Source: Promethearchaeota archaeon
GTDB lineage: Archaea > Asgardarchaeota > Heimdallarchaeia > Hodarchaeales > Hodarchaeaceae
Length of the DNA: 64,000 bases
Assembly (NCBI GenBank): GCA_048938105.1
Contig: JBHLMN010000003.1
Span: 224,001-288,000 of the forward strand
Direction of reading: 5' to 3'
The position numbers and the translations under genes were made by a program. How positions within the stretch are numbered: the stretch's first letter is position 1; every line of letters begins with the position of its first letter. Shown piece by piece: positions 29,606 to 40,087 of the stretch. Below the pieces are notes generated by a model, which saw only the letters and a program-made list of their open reading frames with translations, was not told the DNA's origin and ran no database searches.

Positions 29606-30955
29606 TCAGCTGAGTGAGCTGGGGATTAAGGGTTGGATGTATTTTGCTAAAGCTCTTAAGGAAAATTTCTCCAATCCGACCTGAAAATTCTGTTCAACCA
29701 TTTTTTCCCTAAAGATTGGTTCTGTCAAGACTCTAATGGTTTCTTCTGCAGCTCTTTCCATTATTTCTGATGATACGCTTACTAAACCATCTTTGTCTTT
29801 ATCAACTATATTAGAACCAAAGGAAATCGTTTTGAATCCTTCACACCCTATATCTGATTTATAAACATCATATTCATAAAGGATAATAGGTAATTTGGCT
29901 TTCACTGCTTCTAGGAATTGATTTCCCCAACCCTCGTGTAAGCTAGGATATGTAACTAGATCAGCATGGACATAACTATCCCAGAGCGAATATCTTTTTC
30001 TAGGAGTAGAGGTTCTTTCACTAGCAAAATACTCGTTACAAAAACTATATTTTATCTTAAATTTCCTCAACTTAGTTTCAAGTTTTTCTGCGTAATCAGT
30101 ATCCTCAATAAGATTAGGGAGAATAAATATAATTTTGTTATTGAATTGTCTACCATTGTATAATGGTTTTTCTCGCAATTTACTGAGATTTTTTGGTTTA
30201 TTTAGTTCATGTATCAGATCAATGGCCAATTCAATCCCTTTTCTTTTAACGACCCTCGTTGCTTGGAGTACAAGAATATCATTTTCCCCAACACCTATTT
30301 TTTCACGTAGATCTCTATTAAAGTTATCAATTTTCCAGGGGGGTTCAGAGAAATAAAAAACATTTGGTACAACTGTTGATTCTATGTTTTTTCTTTCTTT
30401 CAGTTGCTTTTGGGCTAAACGATTAATCACGACATGTTTTAAAAGAGGAAGATCTACTGGGGGAAAGAGATGATCTAAATACTGTTGTATTAATGGAATT
30501 GTTGGATTATATTTTCTACTTTCCCAATAAAAGTCGTGATTATGGCTCACACCATGCAATCTGTTACTATCAATTACTTGGTAGAGGGCGATTGTTGCAG
30601 AAATGTTTAGTGGTAAGCTGAATATATTATTAGGAATGATAAACTCAATTTTATGACGATCAATGAATTTTTGAAGCTTTAGTTTTGTTTTCTCAACTAT
30701 TAATTGGATTTCCTTTTTAAAATCGTATGCGGTTTCATAATCAGATAATTCAATGAAAGCATTCTTAAATATCTTCAAGCTTGGTTCATAATCAAGCCCC
30801 AATTCTGGAATTTTGTAACCATCACTGGAACCTAAGGTTCCTGCAACGTAATAAACGTCATGGCCAGCATTTTCTAATATTATCTTCCATTTATCCATCT
30901 CTAGAGATACTCCGTCAAGCTCACCTACCCTAAAGTGTGCCATTCCAATCTGCAT
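29606..30955 (-). CDS. GT4 glycosyltransferase, mannosylglucosylglycerate synthase (MggS)-like
   Basis: DGVSLEMDKW, HNHDFYWE, TRVVKRKGIE, YPSLHEGWGNQFLEA. Confidence 0.85.
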   Translation of the reverse strand: MQIGMAHFRVGELDGVSLEMDKWKIILENAGHDVYYVAGTLGSSDGYKIPELGLDYEPSLKIFKNAFIELSDYETAYDFKKEIQLIVEKTKLKLQKFIDRHKIEFIIPNNIFSLPLNISATIALYQVIDSNRLHGVSHNHDFYWESRKYNPTIPLIQQYLDHLFPPVDLPLLKHVVINRLAQKQLKERKNIESTVVPNVFYFSEPPWKIDNFNRDLREKIGVGENDILVLQATRVVKRKGIELAIDLIHELNKPKNLSKLREKPLYNGRQFNNKIIFILPNLIEDTDYAEKLETKLRKFKIKYSFCNEYFASERTSTPRKRYSLWDSYVHADLVTYPSLHEGWGNQFLEAVKAKLPIILYEYDVYKSDIGCEGFKTISFGSNIVDKDKDGLVSVSSEIMERAAEETIRVLTEPIFREKMVEQNFQVGLEKFSLRALAKYIQPLIPSSLS

Positions 30956-31266
30956 TTAGATCAACAAGCTCATTAGAGGATTTAATGGAGAATTAATTTA
31001 TTTGTATATTAATAGTATGGTTGAATCTTTTTCACACAAAATAAGTTGCTTTTCATTCGTATTACTCCCAATCCACCAAATTAATACCCTTCTGGTAGAT
31101 TCGTTAATTTTTACATAATCTTTTTAAAATCTTGAAAGGAAGTTTAGTACTACTCTTAAAGTTACTAAAAAGAAAAAGTTGTTAGCAACACTTCTCTATT
31201 TTTAAAGTAAATCTTTTTTAGTATCTAAAGAGAAGGTAAAAAAGAAATATTAGTAGGTAATTATGT

Positions 31267-32904
31267 ATGAAAAAAAGAAAAACACTTCTAAGCCTAATAG
31301 TGGCCACAATGATGTTGGTATCATTGCTTTCTATGGTACCACAGACAAATGCAGCACCTACCAAAGATGAATTCGAAATTGTTGTACCATGGGGTTTGGA
31401 TCATCCCCGAGGCAAGATCATCAAATCCATGATCACAAACCATTCTACGCTTGGAGACAAATACGATTATGTCTTTACTGCAGTAGGAGGTAGCCCCTCA
31501 GATCGGGATGCTTTAACAGCACGTTTCTTAGCAGCTGACTATCCTGAGCTTATCATAACAACACAAGATTGGTATACCGAATTTTCCTTGATGCCCATCT
31601 GGCATAATTTTGCTCCTATGATTGCAGGATGGACGGCAGCAGAAAGAACAGATATTCCTGCTGGTTGGTGGAGTATTTTAGACTTCAACAATGGTGACGG
31701 TACAGGTGATTATATCTTTGCCCTTCCTTTCTTTGGTCAATCCATTCTCCCTTATGTCAATACGGATATCTTTAAAGATGCAGGTCTAAATTACACTCAT
31801 CCAGAAGAGGATCTCGAGGATGTCGACGAATTTCTAGCTGCTTGTGAGGCAATTGATACTGATGGTAATATCGCCTTTGCTATGGTTGGTGATGGTAGCT
31901 CGGATACCACTTACATGAACTATATGCTCGGTTCAACAGATAATTACATATCTGATCGTTTTGGAACAGCAACAGGTGTCCCAACAGTTATGGCATGGGG
32001 TGATAATGACGAATATGGACTGAATGGAACTCTAAGTGTTGAAGGATATGCGGCGTACCTCAAAATGAAAGGTGAAGGATGGGTTCAGCCAGAAGTTATG
32101 ACATCTGGCGGTGGATATGCCAACTCTCTCTTTGGAAATGGTTCCGCAGGTATGGTCTTCTGTGGACCCTGGGGTACCAGTATCTTTGAGAACACTGCGA
32201 AAGTTGCTGGCGTCAAGCTTAACTTTACTGCTGTTCCCATGCCTGCCTGTTCTGATGGTGTTCGCTCCACTATCACTGGTGGAGGCATCACTTGGGTACC
32301 AAAACTATTAGACGCTACAATGAAAGCAGATGCTTTGACCCTTGCAGAATGGTTACTGGACGATGAAAACCAGATGAAGACTGTTGAGAACTGGCTTGGT
32401 GAATCCTGGCGGATCCCCGTCAAGAAAAGCTTAACAACTGACCCCTGGTTCAGTGCATTTCCCAACCGATCTAACTTTGTCACTCACATTGAATCACAGG
32501 AGTATGCTTATCCTTGGGGTAAACAACATCCCGAATGGATAGCCATCCATGAAAGTGTGTTAATGCCAGGTTACTATGACGCTCTATTGGCAATCAACTA
32601 TGATGGTACTTACACTGATCAAAATTACATTGATGCTGCACAGGCTGCCCTTGACGATATGGCTCAAGAAATCGAAGATGATTATCTAAGGGGTTCTGTA
32701 ACTATTCCATGGTTCCTTCATGAACCTGGAACTAAAACTGCAACTGCAACAGCAACAGTTCCAACAACGGTTCAAGAAACTGAAATTAAAACCACAGTAT
32801 CAGTTGTAACCTCTGTTGTTAGTGCAAATGGCTTCGGTATCATTGCTGCAATAGCTGGTATTGGTTCCATCTTCTTCATTGCAAAAAAGAAACGAAAGAG
32901 ATAG
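31267..32904 (+). CDS. Sugar ABC transporter substrate-binding protein, C-terminally anchored
   Basis: Signal peptide; FGNGSAGMVFCGPW; Thr-rich linker, NGF, TM helix and KKKRKR tail; heads the ABC operon. Confidence 0.9.
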   Translation: MKKRKTLLSLIVATMMLVSLLSMVPQTNAAPTKDEFEIVVPWGLDHPRGKIIKSMITNHSTLGDKYDYVFTAVGGSPSDRDALTARFLAADYPELIITTQDWYTEFSLMPIWHNFAPMIAGWTAAERTDIPAGWWSILDFNNGDGTGDYIFALPFFGQSILPYVNTDIFKDAGLNYTHPEEDLEDVDEFLAACEAIDTDGNIAFAMVGDGSSDTTYMNYMLGSTDNYISDRFGTATGVPTVMAWGDNDEYGLNGTLSVEGYAAYLKMKGEGWVQPEVMTSGGGYANSLFGNGSAGMVFCGPWGTSIFENTAKVAGVKLNFTAVPMPACSDGVRSTITGGGITWVPKLLDATMKADALTLAEWLLDDENQMKTVENWLGESWRIPVKKSLTTDPWFSAFPNRSNFVTHIESQEYAYPWGKQHPEWIAIHESVLMPGYYDALLAINYDGTYTDQNYIDAAQAALDDMAQEIEDDYLRGSVTIPWFLHEPGTKTATATATVPTTVQETEIKTTVSVVTSVVSANGFGIIAAIAGIGSIFFIAKKKRKR

Positions 32905-32907
32905 GTG

Positions 32908-32958
32908 TTAAACCGTTATACGGTTTAAGATCTCTTCAATTCTCCCTTCCTTTTTTTT
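32908..32958 (+). terminator. Stem-loop and U-tract after the SBP gene
   Basis: Perfect 9-bp inverted repeat TTAAACCGT-TAT-ACGGTTTAA (32908-32928) and T8 at 32951-32958. Confidence 0.6.
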
Positions 32959-33065
32959 ACTCTTGTATCGAGCTTTCTTTTATCTCAAAAAGTAGCTTAA
33001 TGATAATAAAATAGAGAATATAACTTATAAAAGTCTTACTTTCAGATTCTTAAAAGGTAATTATC

Positions 33066-35693
33066 ATGGTGTTCTTAAAAGAGTCTCAATCTCGCTATCG
33101 GATAATTACATTAGTAAATGGTCTAGTTCCCCTGGCAATCATTCTTAGCCTCTATTTTTCAGAATCAATGGGGGTCTTTTTTTATGAATTAGCATCATGT
33201 GGGTATTTAATTTGTGGTTGGACTGAATTATTAATTTTATCAACATTTGTATCAGTGGTGCCTGGGGTTTCGACATGGACTCTTTTTTATGGATTAGATT
33301 TTGTAGGAAGTGCGGGGACAGCAATCCTTTTCATAAATGTACTTATATTGGTAGGGGGATTTTTTGCCATACTCGGTTCGTTTATAAGTTCAGAAGAGAA
33401 AAGTAATAAACACCGCTATTATTTGATAATTGCAAGCTTCCTAACGTTTCCATTAGGAATTCTAGCCATTTTCGTTCTTTTGAAATCTAAGCCAGATAAA
33501 GCCGAAAAAAGCCTTCAAGAGAGAATATTAACAGAAATAAAAAAGAATAAGTTACCTTATATGTTGATCATACCATTTATTATTTTCCTGATTTTTACAT
33601 ATCTGATTCCTATTTTTCGAGGATTTTACATAACATTCTTTGGTTACGAAGATCTTTCAAAAGCATTCACTCCTGTTGATTACTCCAAGGATCCTTTACT
33701 ATGGACATTACACGCTATTCTAGGTGGTCTTCAACACCAAAGTCCAGAGTTTATTGGTCTTGATAATTTTTTCGAACTATTTTCACATACAACAAGAGCT
33801 GGTGCTTTTCAAAAGGCATTAAACAACAATGTCTTTTTTGTGATTATGTTTGTTCCAGGAACAGTCATCGTCTCATTATTACTAGCTATTCTTTTAAATA
33901 ATAAGTTCTTAAAAGGAGAAGATAGTTATACAACAATATTTTATATGCCAGTTGTCACATCAATACTCGTTGTTTCAGTAATCTGGCTTAGGGTCGTATT
34001 TGATCCAGATAGCGGGTTATTAATCTTAATTTTCCAAATGATTGCCCCTATAGTAGAATTAGTTTATTTAGTGCTGAATCTCGTAACCTTAGGAATAATT
34101 CCGGCTGTTAAGGTTCCGAGTAGTGTTAATTGGCTCTCTGATAATTTGATGGAAAGTATTGCTCTAATGAGTATTTGGAGACGGGTGGGATTTGACGTAT
34201 TAATCCTTTTAGCAGGTTTGAAATCTATACCAGACTCACTATATGAAGCAGCGGAGATTGATGGGCACGGGGGTTGGAGTAAATTCAAGAATATTACTAT
34301 TCCAATGCTTAAAGGTCCTCTGGGTGTGGTTATCATCCTAGAAATAATTAATGGCTGGCTAGTATTTCAGGAACTTTATGGGCTAAATGTATCTGGTGCT
34401 GATAGAACCTTAGCAATTTACTTAATTTACAATTATGCAGATCCACAAATAATGACTTTTGCTTCTACTGTAGGATATTTTATCTTCGCAGTAAGCGCGT
34501 TCACTAGTTTGGTGCAACGTGTAGAAGCAAGGGGGGTTCTAAAACTTTTTTCTTTAACCTGTCTATTAAGTGTTTTATTTTCAATTCCAGGAATTCGTGA
34601 AAACAGAGACCCAAAGAGTTTAGGGTTTGCTGGGATACTTAGTTGGCTATCATACGATATTCTCTTTTTCATTATTGCTCTTGTTTGCCTTGCTTATTAT
34701 TTAATTGTTTTTGTTATTAAAGAGAGAGAGATAGAATCTGATTTGATAGGATTACGGAATACAGGACTTTTTTCCTTATTTGTCTCAATATTCTTCATTC
34801 TGAACGGATACTCTACATATACGAAATCAGGATTTGGAACAAACCCAATTGGTGCATTTCCCTCATATATTTTTGGGGTTGTATTGATTATCGTTGGATT
34901 ACTTATGTTTTTTGCAGATAAATTTGAATTTATGTTAAAGGGAAAACATGATTTCCAAGCATTAATGGCTTTTGGAGCTTTAAGTATCATGCTAGCTAAT
35001 CTTGGATGGCTTTTTGCTATGCCTTTGGTTGCCCTTTTAAGCAACGAATTGGTATCTATTGTATTATCAGGTTTAGTTATGTTGTTGGATATTTTTGGTT
35101 TCTTCATCTTAGGTATTGGAATAATAAAACATGATCATGAAGATCAATTAGCGTGTAGGATTTCAGGTTTTTGTTTTATAGGGTGGGCAGTATTATCCTT
35201 AATTTGGAGATTCTTTTCTCCAATCCATACATTATTTCCTCAATTTGGAGCATTTGATATCAATCTGACACAGGTGACATATTATTTAGCTCTTTGGCTG
35301 ATTGGTCAAGCGGTTCCCATTGATTTATTGATTATCGAACCCATACCAATATCGATTTCCTATATTTTCATCTTAAATGGAATCATTATGACAATAGGAA
35401 CTTATTTTACAATTAAAATTCTGAATATTAATTCAAAATATATACTTAGCTTTGGAATTAGCAATTTTCTTGGGGTTATGCTGATTGCACTCCCAACAAT
35501 TATAGGAGTAAAGCCAGGTGATCTCACTGACATTTTCTTTTTAACAATGCAATTAGGATTCCTTGTAAAGACGATTTTAGTTCCTATCTTAGGTGTTTTA
35601 ACATTTTGGGATATTTTCAATCATTATAAAATAACCAATGATATAGAATCTCTCGAAAAGAAGAACACTGAACAAAGGAGTGTGATAGTATGA
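33066..35693 (+). CDS. Sugar ABC permease (MalF/UgpA-like) with extra N- and C-terminal TM domains
   Basis: FIGLDNF and EAA loop LYEAAEIDG; 875 aa. Confidence 0.9.
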   Translation: MVFLKESQSRYRIITLVNGLVPLAIILSLYFSESMGVFFYELASCGYLICGWTELLILSTFVSVVPGVSTWTLFYGLDFVGSAGTAILFINVLILVGGFFAILGSFISSEEKSNKHRYYLIIASFLTFPLGILAIFVLLKSKPDKAEKSLQERILTEIKKNKLPYMLIIPFIIFLIFTYLIPIFRGFYITFFGYEDLSKAFTPVDYSKDPLLWTLHAILGGLQHQSPEFIGLDNFFELFSHTTRAGAFQKALNNNVFFVIMFVPGTVIVSLLLAILLNNKFLKGEDSYTTIFYMPVVTSILVVSVIWLRVVFDPDSGLLILIFQMIAPIVELVYLVLNLVTLGIIPAVKVPSSVNWLSDNLMESIALMSIWRRVGFDVLILLAGLKSIPDSLYEAAEIDGHGGWSKFKNITIPMLKGPLGVVIILEIINGWLVFQELYGLNVSGADRTLAIYLIYNYADPQIMTFASTVGYFIFAVSAFTSLVQRVEARGVLKLFSLTCLLSVLFSIPGIRENRDPKSLGFAGILSWLSYDILFFIIALVCLAYYLIVFVIKEREIESDLIGLRNTGLFSLFVSIFFILNGYSTYTKSGFGTNPIGAFPSYIFGVVLIIVGLLMFFADKFEFMLKGKHDFQALMAFGALSIMLANLGWLFAMPLVALLSNELVSIVLSGLVMLLDIFGFFILGIGIIKHDHEDQLACRISGFCFIGWAVLSLIWRFFSPIHTLFPQFGAFDINLTQVTYYLALWLIGQAVPIDLLIIEPIPISISYIFILNGIIMTIGTYFTIKILNINSKYILSFGISNFLGVMLIALPTIIGVKPGDLTDIFFLTMQLGFLVKTILVPILGVLTFWDIFNHYKITNDIESLEKKNTEQRSVIV

Positions 35694-38212
35694 CATATGG
35701 TGAGTCTGAAACTCAAGAAAAAAGAGAGACCGCAGTTAAAATCTATAATTTCCTTCATTTACATCAAAAATCATTTCTCATTGGAGCCTTTCTAGTCGCA
35801 ATAATTCTACCTTTAATAATAGAATCAGTCATTTTTTACATATTAGCAATACCTGATAGCAGTATAAGTACCATTTTAGAAATCTTAGAAAGTAGTGTTA
35901 ATAAATGGGAAGATGCTTTCTTTGTGGTCTCGAATGATGTAAGCTCCAATCAGGATCTTCTTGGTTATTCTTTATCGCTTGTTCAAAATGGTATTGGGAG
36001 GATTTATGATTTCTTGGAGAAAATGATATTTTTCTATCAGCAAATATTTAGTTTTAAATTTACAGTAATTAATAACACGGGGTATATTCTAACTGGGTTA
36101 TTTCTTACAATCCCTGTATTAATGATTTGGATTTGTTTTCAACTATATTGTGCACTCAAAAATCAAACTTCTAATAATAAATCCGTGAAAAGCGTTTTAT
36201 TTTCCTTAATTACACCTAGAAATCTCTTCATAATTATACTATTTTTCCCTTTCCCACGAGATTTTATTTGGATAACAGCAATTTTAACACTTTTAATCCT
36301 TGTTTTTTATTTATTGTCAAAATCATATGAATGGAGACTTTCTGAACCAAGACAAAATTTTTTCTTTGCAATTGCTTGGAAAAAAGCATTAGTAGTTCTC
36401 TTGTTCATTGTTATTCTTCTAATCACTATTAGTGGAATACTTGAGGTCATTCTTATTTGTATTCAATTTACACATAATTTTAATACGCGTCAAGCTTACA
36501 TATCTGAGGAATTATTTGGTACACAAAAAATATTCTCCGAGACAGTATTTTCGAGACTTACAATAACTTCTTTCTTAGGAATTTCTCCAAATACAATTTT
36601 AATATCAATAATCATATGTGCTATCTTATTTACAGCTGTGTGGATCTATATGAATTGGTCCATGCACAAAAAAAGAATTACATCTACCCGAATAGTCATA
36701 CAAAAGATATTCTTGGATCTGTGGAACCCACGAAGTATTTTTGGAATAGTCATCTCTATCGCGATTATCCTACCTATTTTTAATGCAATTTATTTACAGG
36801 GGGCAACTCGAGATATCACGTTTATTCTATTAAATTTCCCCTGGATTATTGGATTGATTTTCTTTGATCCTCTTCAGTTTTTTGGCATTTTGATCAATGC
36901 AACTAAAAGATCTTTTGATATAATAATAACTTCTAGCCGTGAAATAGTAAACGATATAGTTCCTATTAATCCTTCACAGCCAAGTATCTTTGGTAGTATT
37001 CAACCTTCCCTCTTCCTAGCCACAGTGATCTTTCTCATTATTTCAATTATTTTTACTCTCGGATTAATTCTTCTACAAAAACAAAAAGAAGGGGAGACTT
37101 GGAAAACGACTTTATTAAGTCACTATGCTCTTTTAGGATTCTTAATCCCCATCACGATGATTTCTGCACTTGTTCTATTCATCCTTGAACCTACAAACTT
37201 CTATACTATATATGGTAGTCATTATGAAATTGACACTGAATCATGGGGATCTTTTATATCTCTAACAACAATTGCTCTTTTTCTTATTGTTATTGGGTTC
37301 ATTATAGGATGGAGTTATGTCCAAATATTCAGAAAAGGTAGAAGCAGCAGGATTACGCTAAAGGTTATTCTTATCAATACTCTAGCAATTTGTGTTGCAA
37401 TTATTATGATTATTCCATTTGTATGGATGATAAAAAACAGTTTACAGACGAATACACAAAATATTAGGTCTGCAGAAGATCAAGGTTTAATTCCTGATCC
37501 TATGACTATTGCAAATTACGCACAACTTTTTGGCTTAATAGATCCGAGTTATGAAACGTTAGAATACCGAGTAATCACATGGTTATTTAATTCTCTAGTT
37601 ACAGCGGTTACAGTAACTGTTTTTCTAGTTATTTTCTCAGCTATGGCAGGATATTGCTTAGCAAAAAGAGATTTCCTTGGAAGAAAAGCATTATTATCAA
37701 TTACTGTGGGAATAATGTTAGTTCCATCATATGTCCAGGTCATCCCTTTATATTTGGAATTAAATCGATTAGGGTTTGTAGGGTCATTACTTGGGGTTAT
37801 CTTACCTTTCTTGATTCAGCCATTCAGTGTTTTCTTATGTACTGAATTCATGCGTTCAATACCAGATGATTATCTGGATGCAGCTAGAGTCGATGGCTAT
37901 TCTGAATTTCAGATCTTCTGGAAAGTAGTTTTACCACTTTCTATTCCAGTGATTTCTGTTATGACAATCATAAATTTCATAGGAAATTGGAATGCATTTT
38001 TATGGCCCTTATTACTTTTAGATCAAAGTAGGTACGCTCCTAATGTACGAACTCTACCACTTGGAATATATAGGATTAATGCTGAACTCCAAGAACAAAT
38101 TGGAGTCGTATTAGCTCTTGCAACAATAATTGTAATCCCTATCTTCATTATCCTGTTTCTTGCTCAAGATTATATAAAACGAGGGGTTACCGTTGAAGGA
38201 CTGAAAGGATAA
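35690..38212 (+). CDS. Sugar ABC permease (MalG/UgpE-like) with a long N-terminal TM extension
   Basis: PFVWMIKNSL, YLDAARVDG, WNAFLWPL, GLKG end; 840 aa. Confidence 0.9.
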   Translation: MTYGESETQEKRETAVKIYNFLHLHQKSFLIGAFLVAIILPLIIESVIFYILAIPDSSISTILEILESSVNKWEDAFFVVSNDVSSNQDLLGYSLSLVQNGIGRIYDFLEKMIFFYQQIFSFKFTVINNTGYILTGLFLTIPVLMIWICFQLYCALKNQTSNNKSVKSVLFSLITPRNLFIIILFFPFPRDFIWITAILTLLILVFYLLSKSYEWRLSEPRQNFFFAIAWKKALVVLLFIVILLITISGILEVILICIQFTHNFNTRQAYISEELFGTQKIFSETVFSRLTITSFLGISPNTILISIIICAILFTAVWIYMNWSMHKKRITSTRIVIQKIFLDLWNPRSIFGIVISIAIILPIFNAIYLQGATRDITFILLNFPWIIGLIFFDPLQFFGILINATKRSFDIIITSSREIVNDIVPINPSQPSIFGSIQPSLFLATVIFLIISIIFTLGLILLQKQKEGETWKTTLLSHYALLGFLIPITMISALVLFILEPTNFYTIYGSHYEIDTESWGSFISLTTIALFLIVIGFIIGWSYVQIFRKGRSSRITLKVILINTLAICVAIIMIIPFVWMIKNSLQTNTQNIRSAEDQGLIPDPMTIANYAQLFGLIDPSYETLEYRVITWLFNSLVTAVTVTVFLVIFSAMAGYCLAKRDFLGRKALLSITVGIMLVPSYVQVIPLYLELNRLGFVGSLLGVILPFLIQPFSVFLCTEFMRSIPDDYLDAARVDGYSEFQIFWKVVLPLSIPVISVMTIINFIGNWNAFLWPLLLLDQSRYAPNVRTLPLGIYRINAELQEQIGVVLALATIIVIPIFIILFLAQDYIKRGVTVEGLKG

Positions 38213-38224
38213 ATGTGATTTCTT

Positions 38225-39373
38225 ATGGCACGAGTCATTATGGAAAATGTAGTTAAAAAATTTGGAGAAAATCTAGTTCTCGATAATATCAATATTGACA
38301 TAAAAGATAAGGAATTAGTAGTTTTCGTTGGTCCCTCTGGTTGTGGTAAAACAACGGCGATGAGGTGTGTTGCTGGTCTCGAAGAGGTAACAAGTGGGAC
38401 AGTCATAATTGGCGACAGAGTTGTTAATACTATTCCTCCTAAAGACCGAGATGTTGCAATGGTATTTCAAAACTATGCTTTATATCCTCATATGAATGTT
38501 TTTGATAACATTGCGTTCGGCCTACGAGCTAGAAAAGTACCAGTTGATAAAAATGACCCAAAATCAAAGCGAAGAAAACACTCTGGGAAAGAAATCACTG
38601 AAAAAGTAAAAGAAGCAACAGAAATTCTGCAAATCGAGAATTTACTTAAAAGAAAACCAACAGAGCTTAGTGGAGGACAAATGCAACGAGTTGCTATGGG
38701 GAGAGCAATAGTACGCGAACCACAAGTATTTTTGATGGATGAACCACTAAGTAACTTAGATGCGAAGTTACGCACTCATATGCGTACAGAACTAAAACGT
38801 CTTCAATTAGACCTTGGAGTCACTACAATCTATGTCACACATGACCAAGCAGAGGCTATGACATTAGGAGATCGCATTGCTGTAATGTATGATGGTATAT
38901 TTCAACAAATAGGGACTCCAGAGGAAGTATATGACAACCCAGTTAATAAATTTGTAGCAGGTTTCATTGGATCTCCTCCAATGAATTTTATCCCTGGTAA
39001 ACTTGAATTAGAAGGCTCTCCAGCTTTTATATCAGAAGCATTTAGTATTGGCCTTCCTGAAGTTATAAGAAATAGTGTAAAAAACAAAGCTACATCAACA
39101 GATAATCTAATCTTAGGGGTTCGTCCAGAGGATATTGAAGATAGAGAATTTGCCTTAAAAAAAATTGATGAAGCAATGATTGAAGGAAAGGTTCTAGTTC
39201 GTGAGAATTATGGCTCTGATATCTTTCTCAATCTACAAGCAGGTAATATATTCTTTAATGCAAGAGTAAATACAGGAACCAAAGCTAAGGTTGGTAATAC
39301 TGTTAATCTTGTGTTAAATTTAGACAAAATTCACATATTTGACGGAGAAACAGAAAAAAACCTAACAATATAA
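38225..39373 (+). CDS. Sugar ABC ATPase (MalK/UgpC family)
   Basis: GPSGCGKT, FQNYALYPH, LSGGQ, MDEPLSNLD, TOBE C-terminus. Confidence 0.95.
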   Translation: MARVIMENVVKKFGENLVLDNINIDIKDKELVVFVGPSGCGKTTAMRCVAGLEEVTSGTVIIGDRVVNTIPPKDRDVAMVFQNYALYPHMNVFDNIAFGLRARKVPVDKNDPKSKRRKHSGKEITEKVKEATEILQIENLLKRKPTELSGGQMQRVAMGRAIVREPQVFLMDEPLSNLDAKLRTHMRTELKRLQLDLGVTTIYVTHDQAEAMTLGDRIAVMYDGIFQQIGTPEEVYDNPVNKFVAGFIGSPPMNFIPGKLELEGSPAFISEAFSIGLPEVIRNSVKNKATSTDNLILGVRPEDIEDREFALKKIDEAMIEGKVLVRENYGSDIFLNLQAGNIFFNARVNTGTKAKVGNTVNLVLNLDKIHIFDGETEKNLTI

Positions 39374-39412
39374 CCTTGAATAATATTATTTCCTTATCAG
39401 GCGTAATATTAT

Positions 39413-40087
39413 ATGAAAGATAGAATTGCCTGGATTCGATTAATCACTTATCTAGGTAATAGTATAATCCTTGTCACAGAAATCTACAGACTTATCCTCA
39501 TATACCTGAGGTTTATAATATCAATTCCATCTCTGTTTTTCATTTTAGAGTTAATAATGCACTGGGCTCTACTAGGAGGATTCCTAAGTATTATCCTTGG
39601 GTTTCATGGCCTAAAGAAAAGTGATCCAGTGATTCTAAACCCAAAAGAATATTCTTTTTCTCTCCTGAATAAAATCATCTACATTGGCTGTTTTATTGTG
39701 ATCATTCTTTTCATTCAGGTCTTACTCCCCCCAAGTAGTATTATTATAGGAGAATTTAAGACATATTTCCAATTACTAGTCAATATTCTTTGGATATGTT
39801 ATTATTTATGTATCTGTCTCTGGATAATATCATTTTGGTCATTTAGTAACAAGAAAGAACCTAAAGAAATCGTTAACAATAGAATACTAGTTTTTCATTT
39901 GTGTTTAGGATCTCTAGTTGTCATATTGTCGATACTTAACTTCTTTTGGATCTTATTTTCTAATAACTCTCTATTTAACAATGATTTAGCTTATATAAGT
40001 TATATTATTGTTTTAGTTTTCTTTTTGGTTTTCCAAATAATCTTTTTTTATCGTGCAACTAAATTTTCTTTTGTTATTCACGGATGA
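39413..40087 (+). CDS. Hypothetical 6-TM membrane protein
   Basis: Hydrophobic segments; follows the ABC operon. Confidence 0.65.
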   Translation: MKDRIAWIRLITYLGNSIILVTEIYRLILIYLRFIISIPSLFFILELIMHWALLGGFLSIILGFHGLKKSDPVILNPKEYSFSLLNKIIYIGCFIVIILFIQVLLPPSSIIIGEFKTYFQLLVNILWICYYLCICLWIISFWSFSNKKEPKEIVNNRILVFHLCLGSLVVILSILNFFWILFSNNSLFNNDLAYISYIIVLVFFLVFQIIFFYRATKFSFVIHG

